A stretch of 38,584 nt of DNA from Candidatus Woesearchaeota archaeon (GTDB lineage: Archaea > Nanobdellota > Nanobdellia > SCGC-AAA011-G17 > JAPLZO01): NCBI GenBank assembly GCA_026394995.1, contig JAPLZO010000043.1:1-38584 (forward strand). The letters are read 5' to 3'. Shown one piece after another: positions 7,701-14,728 of the stretch. The number at the start of each line of letters is the position of its first letter. The first letter of the stretch is position 1. Below the pieces are notes generated by a model. That model was given only the letters and a program-made list of their open reading frames with translations, made no database searches and was not told where the DNA came from. A program made the position numbers and the translations under genes.

Positions 7701-10207
7701 TTTTTATCATCAACTATATATGCCCATAAATCTATCCAATTAGAAGAAGGCATAGTATCTTCAGCAACAGTATTATTTGGTAAAGTTGTAAAATAAGGAA
7801 TTTGATTTAATATTGTTTTATTTCCAGTTAAAACATTTGTATTTCCACTTGTATCATTAACAGTTATCCTATAATATAATATATCTCCTATATTTAATGT
7901 TAATCCTGTATAACTATGTAAGTTTGTACCATCATTAACAATATTTGTATAATTAGATCCAGGATTACTATAATCACTTAAATTATTGCCTAGTTCATAT
8001 TTTATTACATTAGGATAATCATCATTAACATATGCTCCTATTCTAACAATGCTATCAGCATCACTAACATTTTTACCACTACCATCATCCAAAAAGTCAT
8101 TTGTTAATACAGGTGGTTTATTATCAATTGTAAATAATGATGAAGTTCCATATGCTCCTACATTTACACTATCATTTGCTCTGAATCTAAATTTAATGCT
8201 AGAACTTACAATTTCACTCAAATCTGTTTTAGAACTCCAAGTCAAATTATAATTAATTCCAGTATCATTAGAATTAATATTATTTTTGCTACCATAAACA
8301 TTATTAGCAGTATACCATGAACTACCTCCATCATTAGAATACTGAATATTAGTTAAATTACATGTATCATTTTGAGCATCTGTTAATGTATAACCTATAG
8401 TTATATTACCACTACTATCCATATTTTGGCTAGCACTATTTATTGTAATTGAAGGAGACTCAGATCCTAGAGTATAGGTTACTTCTAATTTTGGTCTTAG
8501 ATGTGTTGTTCCATAATCACTTGAATAGAAATATTTACCATTAATAACACTTTCATCATCAGCTATTAATATAACACCATAATTATCATAAAGTTTAGTG
8601 TGATTACCAGCACCTAAATTCCTTACTAAAGTTGTTATATCCCATTCTACATAAGCATTATCAGCTACTGCATTTAATTGAGTTCTTGCTGATATAGTCT
8701 CATTATAATCTCCTCCTGCTGTAATCCATTGATTTAAACCAGAATTACTATTATGAGAATATTGATTCCAAGTTGCTCCATCACTAACAGCAACTATACT
8801 TACATTTGTATCACTACCCTCAGTCCATGATTGATTTAGTCTATAAACACTTACATTACTTAAAGTATTACCATCTTGATCATAATAATATAATTTTAAC
8901 AATGCTTGTGAAACACTGGCTGTATTTGGTAAACTAGACAAATCAAATTGTATTAAGGACCTATATGTCCTTGTACCATCATTACCAATATATAAGAAAG
9001 TTGCACCACCAGAATTACCATTAGTATAACCATCACTAGATATTATCGTATCTTTACCACCAGCAGAACTCCAAGGATCATCTAATGTATCTGTTGGATC
9101 TATTACAATTGGATATTTTTTATCTTTTAACCATTCTCCAGGAATTTTTAAAATCAAATAAATTTTAGAGTTATTTAACAAAATGGTATAATTTAATTTT
9201 ATTATTTCATTATTTGCATCTTTTGCATAAGGTTCTTTTATATAAAATAATGTTTCTTTGTTTTTATTCAAAAAGTCTATTTCATTACTTTCTATATATC
9301 TTATATTTTTATTATCTAAACTACTAAATTGTTTACTATTTAGACTTAATTCTTTATAGCTCTTACCTAATCTTTCATATCTTTTTTTACTATTTTGTAC
9401 AGTAAATTCTTTATTTGTACTACTTTTTTCTACACTATTATCATCATAATTTATTAAAGCATCATAAACAACAATATTTTGCCAATCGGGTATCTCAATA
9501 ATACCCTCTATAACTAAAGAATCATTAACTTCTATTGGATTTTTTATTATAAAATTTTCTTTTAATTGTTTTAATTGTGCTTCATACTCTAGATCAACAT
9601 TATCAAAAATATTATAATAACTTACTTTTGTATTATCAACAACACCACTAGCATCATTTACACTTAAGGTTTCATTATCTAAAAATAAATTTGTTGGTTT
9701 ATATGTTAAATAGTTTTCATAAGCCTGAAATTTAATACCATTTTTAATATTATCAGAAAAATAAGCTTTATACAATCCGTTATCAATTGAATATTCATTT
9801 GTATTTTCTCTTTTAATTACATTTTCTACAGCTTTCATGTTATTTTCTTTAGAAAACATAGGAGCAGCGTTTACAATTGCTGTTTGTGTACCATCAGAAT
9901 TATTAATAAATTGGGTATTTACACTCCTCATATTTACTAATTCAGTACTTTTTTGTAATGTAACAAAGCCTGTATAACTTTCATTTCCAACATAATACAA
10001 TGTAGTAATAGATAACAACACAAAAAAAATGAAAAGTATTAATTCATAATTTATTTTTTTGTTATTTTTATTCTTTCTAGAAGCTTTTTCTTTTTTTACC
10101 TTACCAACATATAGATTTTTAATATTTCCATTACTATCTCTAATGCTCTGGTAATAATAAGGACCGTACTTCTTCCCCCCTCTTTTTATGTATTTTACAT
10201 AAACCAA
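4754..10207 (-). CDS. giant (1817 aa) surface protein with a cytoplasmic GPYYY N-module, TM, DNRLRE-like beta-sandwich, Ig/cadherin-like repeats, CARDB-like domain, C-terminal TM and tail
   Basis: Uninterrupted ORF. A TTG start is preceded by the SD-like 'ggggtgaggg' on the minus strand. The N-terminal TM is at about aa 52-75 and the C-terminal TM 'WWLIGIIGILVLFIIFISYRIY' sits 89 aa before the end. 'VSVYRLNQSWTEGS..ATWNQ' resembles the DNRLRE/CBM-like domain. There are repeated 'VND(L/A)PWW' ~100-aa domains, a GGGGGGG linker, and very many N-x-S/T sequons. Confidence 0.85.
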   Translation of the reverse strand: MVYVKYIKRGGKKYGPYYYQSIRDSNGNIKNLYVGKVKKEKASRKNKNNKKINYELILFIFFVLLSITTLYYVGNESYTGFVTLQKSTELVNMRSVNTQFINNSDGTQTAIVNAAPMFSKENNMKAVENVIKRENTNEYSIDNGLYKAYFSDNIKNGIKFQAYENYLTYKPTNLFLDNETLSVNDASGVVDNTKVSYYNIFDNVDLEYEAQLKQLKENFIIKNPIEVNDSLVIEGIIEIPDWQNIVVYDALINYDDNSVEKSSTNKEFTVQNSKKRYERLGKSYKELSLNSKQFSSLDNKNIRYIESNEIDFLNKNKETLFYIKEPYAKDANNEIIKLNYTILLNNSKIYLILKIPGEWLKDKKYPIVIDPTDTLDDPWSSAGGKDTIISSDGYTNGNSGGATFLYIGNDGTRTYRSLIQFDLSSLPNTASVSQALLKLYYYDQDGNTLSNVSVYRLNQSWTEGSDTNVSIVAVSDGATWNQYSHNSNSGLNQWITAGGDYNETISARTQLNAVADNAYVEWDITTLVRNLGAGNHTKLYDNYGVILIADDESVINGKYFYSSDYGTTHLRPKLEVTYTLGSESPSITINSASQNMDSSGNITIGYTLTDAQNDTCNLTNIQYSNDGGSSWYTANNVYGSKNNINSNDTGINYNLTWSSKTDLSEIVSSSIKFRFRANDSVNVGAYGTSSLFTIDNKPPVLTNDFLDDGSGKNVSDADSIVRIGAYVNDDYPNVIKYELGNNLSDYSNPGSNYTNIVNDGTNLHSYTGLTLNIGDILYYRITVNDTSGNTNVLTGNKTILNQIPYFTTLPNNTVAEDTMPSSNWIDLWAYIVDDKNNASQLNYSIGYQSNSSLINCSINGNRYVDCGMPAANMSGISNVRVNITDTSFNNGTGVTTVNVTPVNDLPWWNATIQNRTIWENEPLNISLDLRNYAGDVERNTLYFEIMEENLSAVDCGVSGNNLTLLPAGNFTGSVNCTIRVNDTEAGGLINVTIDVLWINQIPWIHPIIPNQTTLEDTILTLNLTDYAHDVEDMNNNLTNRQALNWTTTGYNLSLVTITIDNSTDVVTFEPAANQSGETTINFTLTDTAGAKASQNITFNITPVNDLPWWNHTIANQTIWEDEPLNITNVTLKRYAYDIEHDLLYFEIVEENLSAVDCGTTNITSGNLTLTPYANFTGSVNCTIRVNDTEAGGLINITIDVLSVNDAPYWLAFNITALHDLGLNSTYNLSDYARDVENKSTDLIYSVVDKNINRVNCGINADGNHLDFTPAQYNYSNIFDANCTIQASDGIDATNYTIWFNITNVLPNVTLNSPANASTDDDGTVIFNCSANDVDGDLFNITFYNDLDGVWGPKYSVNFSGINNESTYTVTDIAEGVDVKWNCRVYDTAKAFNFYPENWTFNVSLGKPIVQLIHPFNDSVWSISNSVNFTYNVTSNVNNSINNCSLIINNNINVTSYNLTRIINQTFNVTLPNSVYNWSVNCTDNISREGYSRTWNLTVNYTVPTISSPSSGGGGGGGGRKVRERIASLEIIVPSIISILSTDTTIVPITIRNNGDVDLTGISMSTESNAQNLSMKLSEDKIPFLRAGQYENLDLTLSSYELSQGRYTIKVMAKVDDPRLSKYTTLYLDVVLELLIQESVIKSKIDLTKEFFNKNKECSVFNDMIVQAEDYFYNKKYAEASSTIDLALQSCKDLLAKKEKIEKSQLNWWLIGIIGILVLFIIFISYRIYKTVHKEEPIIKEGKISLREVQSRYDELEQINNLLPRLEYLINTRDFRGAEVLYNDIMSLYDKLNNKDKRKIYHQILALHKKAQQDIYKP
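6606..6689 (-). repeat. 84-nt intragenic repeat, copy 1 (1 mismatch to copy 2)
   Basis: aaaacatctattgtaaTattaattaatccacctgcttctgtatcatttactcttattgtacaattaacacttcctgtaaaatta. It encodes 'NFTGSVNCTIRVNDTEAGGLIN(I/V)TIDVL'. Confidence 0.9.
7221..7304 (-). repeat. 84-nt intragenic repeat, copy 2
   Basis: Identical to 6606-6689 except T->C at the 17th base. The offset is 615 nt (205 codons, in frame). Weaker similarity continues to about 6910 and 7513. Confidence 0.9.
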
Positions 10208-10220
10208 ACCCTCACCCCTT

Positions 10221-10279
10221 TGTAAGGTAACAAAAAATGTAAGATAATTATTTACATAACAAAAATCATTGTAAGGTAA
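10221..10279. promoter_or_regulatory. three direct copies of TGTAAG(G/A)TAA in the divergent control region between the two GPYYY genes
   Basis: tgtaaggtaa at 10221-10230, tgtaagataa at 10238-10247, tgtaaggtaa at 10270-10279. The TATA-like 'tttatata' follows at 10281-10288. Confidence 0.4.
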
Positions 10280-10535
10280 TTTATATAGTTTTCTCTAATA
10301 TAAAATCACTTTCACTAACAATTGATGATAACAAAAAATAGTATTAAAAACATTAAGTTTTAACATTAATTATATTTCTTAAAATCATATAAATAAAATA
10401 CTAAAAACTAATATAACAAATTTAACTAATTTTCAAGTAGTCCAACCAGAGAAAGATATATAAATCTGATTGCACTACAAAAATAAATAATATTTATGGG
10501 GAAGTTTCTATTAAATAAAAAGAAGGTGGTTTTGT

Positions 10536-13463
10536 ATAGTCTACAAAAAATATGTAACTAAAAACGGTAAAAAAATAGGACCTTATTATTATAAAAGTGT
10601 TAGATTAGAAAATAATAAGGTTAAATCAGTTTATCTAGGAAAAAAATATCCTTATAAGGTTGTACTACAAGAAAAAATAGATAATATCTTTAATAAGAAT
10701 AAAATACCCCATAATAAAGAAATTTCTTCAGATTATAATAAAATTCAAAAAGAGATTGATACCCGAAAAGAAGAAAATCATGTCTCTGAACAAATTGAAA
10801 ATAAAGAAACTCCATCAAACTATGATAATATTCATAAAGAAGAAGATTATTATGACCAAGTGAATAATAAAGAAAATACAACATCTCATATAAAATATTA
10901 TTTGATAGTGAGTTTAGTGTTTGTAGCTATGCTTGTTTCTATTACCTTTTTACAATATACTGGTTTTGCTATTTTCTTACCTAATCAAATAGAGTTTATA
11001 GGACCCTTTAATCTAAGTGATAATGTTTCTATTATGTTACGTGTTAATAATCAAGAATATTCAAAACAATTAATATTAAATGATTATAATGTAACTAAAA
11101 TAACTGCTTCTTTAGATGATTTTTATTTAAACTTAACAGCTGGAAATTATACAATATATGCTTATTTAATTGATAATGATACAATTATTGCAAATACAAC
11201 AATAGAATTAACAATAGAAGAAGAAACAAATAAAATCACACAACCCTTAGAAAATATAACTCAACCACCATTACCATCTCAAATAATAGTTGTAGATGAA
11301 CAAAATAATGTAGTACAAACTGCAGGATCATTAATAAATGACTGTACAGATGTTATATTTTCTGATCAATTTATAGATCAACTAAAAATTTGTAAGGTAA
11401 CAAATGGTTCTTTGATATATTCAGAAATTAAAGATGTAGTTCAAACTCAAAATATTAGTCTTACTAAGATATATGCCTTAGATCTAAGTAACTTTTCTAA
11501 CACTGATTTATATGCAACAGCTAACAATACAATGTTATTTAAGTGCGACTGGAGCTTTACTAATAAATCATGCCTAGATTCATGGAAATTTTTACAAAAT
11601 CTAACAATTAATCAACAATATAATATAAATTTAACAAATGAAACATCTGCATTTGCCGAGGGTAATTTAATTGCACTACAAGAAAATATTACAAATAGAT
11701 CTTTAATACAACTACAAGCTGAAATTAACAAACCAGTTACATGGATAAAACAAATTAACCTAGAAAATGAGACCAGTAATTTAACAGTAGACCTACCATC
11801 TTATGCTTCAAATATCTCATTAGATAAAATAGAAAATAATACCAAACAAAAAATTAAGGATTATGATATAGTTAAACCCCAAAAAGCATTTGGAGCAAAA
11901 GATATAGATAATATATCATTAAATATCAAAGAAAAAGTTAAAAAATTAGAAGTTAAATATGAAACACCACCTCCTTTAGTTCAAGAACAAATAGAAGGAG
12001 ATAAAAAAATAGTAACAGTTTATTCAGATATACACTACACAGATATTTTAACATACACAAATTTACCTACAGAAAGTACTCCTAATAAAATAAGACTATA
12101 TTGGTTAACTGATGGAACTAAAGTTTTAGTAGATAATATAACTTACTTAGATGAAAATAATAATTCTTTAATTGATAAGATACAATGGGTAACACCTTCT
12201 TTAAGTAATCAAACTTATGAAGTATCAATAACTATCTTAACAGTTCAAAGTTATCCTACTGTACAAGGTAATTGGACAGTTTTATTCAACACAACAGGAA
12301 CAGCTGATTTAATAATAAATATTTCTAATGGAACAACATGGTCTAATTCTAATGAACTAAATGATTTAAAATTCTTAGAAGTTAGATGTGGTAACAATAA
12401 ATTAAATTATAATTGGATAAATGATTCAGTTATTATCTATAATTATGAATGTAATCAAACAGCTTCTGAAATAAGTAAAGTTTTAACAGAAGGTAAACAT
12501 ACACTACAATTTACTTTTGGTAATGATACAGAATATGCATACAACTATGCTCAAGAATCAATTTTAATAGCTTGTAGATTTAATGATAATGATACAATAT
12601 GTAATGATAATGAAAATGCAACTATTTTTCAATCTGTTTCTTATGATGATAACTGCTTACATGATGGTTGTGTAAGAATGGGTTGGCAAAATCCTTGGAG
12701 TAATCTTACATATAGTGCTCAAAATAATATGAAAAGAGTTAATTTCACAGTAAGAATGTGGGTTAAACCTCTTCAAAATTATTCTTCAATAAATAGTGCT
12801 GCACAATTTAGATATTGGCAAACTTTAGCTCCAAATAATACTGATGGTGGAAACTATTTAATATTAGACCTTAAAGATTTTAATGTAACCTGTATCCAAC
12901 AAAGAAATTCAGATAGTGTAGCGTTTGGTGCAGCTTGGGGTTCTAAACCATTACCACAAAACAGATGGACCTACATAGCCTGTGTTTTTAATGATTCAAA
13001 TATGGTATTATATGTTAATGGACAACTTATAATGATAGGGCGTGTACCAGATCCATTATATTTTCCAGGAGTATCAGCTAATGATAAGTTTTATTTAGGA
13101 ACAACATATTTTACTAATAATCTTAGTAGAACATCAAATGCAACAATAGATGATTTTGAAATTTTCTCAATACCTTTAACATCTCAAGAAATAGCAGATG
13201 ATTACTATTCTTGTATACCACCAGTATTTTCTAATACTACAACAAAAAATCAAAATTGGGATATTAACTATACTTGTCTTCAAGTAAGTGATGAAATTGC
13301 TCTAGGTAATGGTAATATAACAATTAAGGATAGTGGTGCTTTAATATTAAGAAGTTATAGTAATCTATCATTTTACATGCTAAACATGACTCCATTTAAC
13401 TCAACTAAAACCTTTGCTTTAAAATTAAGTCCTAATTCTAAATTAAATGTAAGTAAGAAATAG
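10536..13463 (+). CDS. surface protein with a cytoplasmic GPYYY N-module, TM, a sequon-rich ectodomain and a C-terminal LamG (concanavalin A-like) domain; start codon uncertain
   Basis: The ORF track starts at GTG 10860, but the frame is open from 10515. Positions 10539-10640 encode VYKKYVTKNGKKIGPYYYKSVRLENNKVKSVYLGKK, homologous to the N-terminus of the 1817-aa protein. The only codon at the homologous Met position is ATA (10536), preceded by the SD-like 'aaggtgg' at 10524-10530. LamG signature: 'FTVRMWVKP...WTYIACVF...MVLYVNGQL...TIDDFEIFSIPLTSQEIADDY'. Confidence 0.7.
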   Translation: MVYKKYVTKNGKKIGPYYYKSVRLENNKVKSVYLGKKYPYKVVLQEKIDNIFNKNKIPHNKEISSDYNKIQKEIDTRKEENHVSEQIENKETPSNYDNIHKEEDYYDQVNNKENTTSHIKYYLIVSLVFVAMLVSITFLQYTGFAIFLPNQIEFIGPFNLSDNVSIMLRVNNQEYSKQLILNDYNVTKITASLDDFYLNLTAGNYTIYAYLIDNDTIIANTTIELTIEEETNKITQPLENITQPPLPSQIIVVDEQNNVVQTAGSLINDCTDVIFSDQFIDQLKICKVTNGSLIYSEIKDVVQTQNISLTKIYALDLSNFSNTDLYATANNTMLFKCDWSFTNKSCLDSWKFLQNLTINQQYNINLTNETSAFAEGNLIALQENITNRSLIQLQAEINKPVTWIKQINLENETSNLTVDLPSYASNISLDKIENNTKQKIKDYDIVKPQKAFGAKDIDNISLNIKEKVKKLEVKYETPPPLVQEQIEGDKKIVTVYSDIHYTDILTYTNLPTESTPNKIRLYWLTDGTKVLVDNITYLDENNNSLIDKIQWVTPSLSNQTYEVSITILTVQSYPTVQGNWTVLFNTTGTADLIINISNGTTWSNSNELNDLKFLEVRCGNNKLNYNWINDSVIIYNYECNQTASEISKVLTEGKHTLQFTFGNDTEYAYNYAQESILIACRFNDNDTICNDNENATIFQSVSYDDNCLHDGCVRMGWQNPWSNLTYSAQNNMKRVNFTVRMWVKPLQNYSSINSAAQFRYWQTLAPNNTDGGNYLILDLKDFNVTCIQQRNSDSVAFGAAWGSKPLPQNRWTYIACVFNDSNMVLYVNGQLIMIGRVPDPLYFPGVSANDKFYLGTTYFTNNLSRTSNATIDDFEIFSIPLTSQEIADDYYSCIPPVFSNTTTKNQNWDINYTCLQVSDEIALGNGNITIKDSGALILRSYSNLSFYMLNMTPFNSTKTFALKLSPNSKLNVSKK

Positions 13464-13465
13464 AG

Positions 13466-13484
13466 CTTTTCTTTAGAAGAAAAG
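13466..13484 (+). terminator. perfect 8-bp hairpin (cttttctt-tag-aagaaaag) followed by T-runs, just after the stop of the LamG gene
   Basis: Read directly from the sequence. It begins 3 nt after TAG 13461-13463, and 'ttttttc' follows at 13495-13501. Confidence 0.5.
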
Positions 13485-13581
13485 ATTTTCTATGAGGTTT
13501 TTTCTTAAAATAAGCTTTGAAAAATAAAATATTCTTTTAATTTTAATATTAGCTTATATTACAGAAAACTATATAAATACG

Positions 13582-13625
13582 TATTTAATACATAATTAAT
13601 ACATATTTAGTCCATAATTAATACA
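13582..13625 (+). promoter_or_regulatory. three direct copies of (T/A)TTAATACA abutting the ATG of the second RHH gene, a candidate operator
   Basis: tatttaataca at 13582-13592, taattaataca at 13593-13603, taattaataca at 13615-13625. The 13-mer 'cataattaataca' is exact at 13591 and 13613. TATA-like 'atataaat' at 13571-13578. Confidence 0.4.
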
Positions 13626-13772
13626 ATGCCAGAAATAAGATTTACAGTACCTGAAAAATTAGACAAATTAATTTCTAGAATATCTGATCAACTCGGAGTA
13701 GGAAAATCTGATTACATCAAATCTCTAATTTTAACAGATCTAAAAAAACTTGAAAAGAAAAATGAAAGATAA
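13626..13772 (+). CDS. small ribbon-helix-helix DNA-binding protein, 48 aa, not in the ORF track
   Basis: Hand translation: MPEIRFTVPEKLDKLISRISDQLGVGKSDYIKSLILTDLKKLEKKNER*. It has a beta-strand (IRFTVP) followed by two helices. Its 3' end overlaps ATG 13762 of the next gene. Confidence 0.6.
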   Translation: MPEIRFTVPEKLDKLISRISDQLGVGKSDYIKSLILTDLKKLEKKNER

Positions 13773-14658
13773 AAATACCTCTCTCAAAAGAGAGGTCAAT
13801 ATTAGAGAACTCTTTAAAAGAGCTTTCTTTAAAAAAGAAACCTCGGAAAGAAAAGCTTTCTTAGAAAGAAAGTTCTTACAAAATATAGTATTATCTAAAA
13901 TTTTATTTATATTATTTATAATTATAGGAAGTATCGGAATATTTAGTTCTGATGTTTTGGCAGCTGACCCCGGTCATGATGCTTCTAGAATTGCACCAGG
14001 AACATTTGAATCTGGTAATTATACTTTTCCGGATACTGCAATCATGACAAATCTTTTGGTTTCACCAAGAATATGTTTAAATGGTGATTGCCAAACAGCA
14101 TGGCCATCTGGTTCAGGTGGTTCTTTAACAAATGTTGCTTTTGTAAATGAATCTAATACTTTCTCACTTATCAATCCGCTTATTACTCCTGCTGAATCTT
14201 GGATTGGGCCTTCTTCAACTACTGGGATTTACTTTAAGGCAGGCAACGTCGGCATCGGGACAACAAATCCCCAAGCAAAATTAGATCTCTGGAGCAATAT
14301 CGATGCTATAAATGGTCCCTTGTTGTCAATCCGAGGTGATGCTGCAACAATAGGACACTGGTTTTCAATTAGATTTGGTGATCAATCTCAAACAACTGCT
14401 TATCAAAAGGGAGCAATTATTTATGAAAGCGTATCTAGTTCTGCCAGGGGTAAATTTCATATTGCATTAGAAAATACTGATGGTTCAGGTAGCGTGGCTC
14501 TATCGGATGCCAAGTTAACTGTTCAATCAAACGGCAACGTCGGTATTGGAACAACTTCACCAGATTCAAAATTAACAGTTGCAGGAACATTAAATGTAAC
14601 TTCAAGTAGTACATTTTTACAAGTAGATAGTAATGGAAATGTAAAAATTGGAATTTAA
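13762..14658 (+). CDS. secreted or membrane-anchored protein with two 'GNVGIGTT.P..KL.V' modules (tail-fibre-like motif)
   Basis: The ORF track starts at TTG 13750; ATG 13762 is more likely. It has a basic N-region, the hydrophobic 'ILFILFIIIGSIGIFSSDVLA|ADPG', and GNVGIGTTNPQAKLDL and GNVGIGTTSPDSKLTVAG. G/C-ending codons are unusually frequent. Confidence 0.65.
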   Translation: MKDKNTSLKREVNIRELFKRAFFKKETSERKAFLERKFLQNIVLSKILFILFIIIGSIGIFSSDVLAADPGHDASRIAPGTFESGNYTFPDTAIMTNLLVSPRICLNGDCQTAWPSGSGGSLTNVAFVNESNTFSLINPLITPAESWIGPSSTTGIYFKAGNVGIGTTNPQAKLDLWSNIDAINGPLLSIRGDAATIGHWFSIRFGDQSQTTAYQKGAIIYESVSSSARGKFHIALENTDGSGSVALSDAKLTVQSNGNVGIGTTSPDSKLTVAGTLNVTSSSTFLQVDSNGNVKIGI

Positions 14659-14669
14659 ATTTCTTTTCC

Positions 14670-14696
14670 AAGGTTTTCTTTTTCAAAGAAAAACTT
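14670..14696 (+). terminator. 12-bp hairpin with 1 mismatch (aaggttttcttt-ttc-aaagaaaaactt) after the stop at 14658
   Basis: Read directly from the sequence. It belongs to the same CTTTCTT/AAGAAAG palindrome family as 13466, 13821, 13856, 21369 and 21455. Confidence 0.45.
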
Positions 14697-14728
14697 TTAT
14701 ATATAATAAAATCTAAAATATAACAAAC

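Noticed and set aside
6290-7810. Diversity-generating retroelement (template/variable repeat) as an explanation for the near-identical repeats in the giant gene.
   Set aside because: No reverse transcriptase gene lies in the window. Both copies are in-frame coding domain repeats. The single mismatch in the 84-nt block is a T/C difference rather than the cluster of adenine-specific substitutions a DGR would produce.
13582-13625. CRISPR array or other spaced-repeat locus.
   Set aside because: Only short (10-13 nt) repeats in two or three copies occur here and at 10221-10279. No 24-40-nt repeats with unique spacers were seen anywhere, and there are no cas genes.
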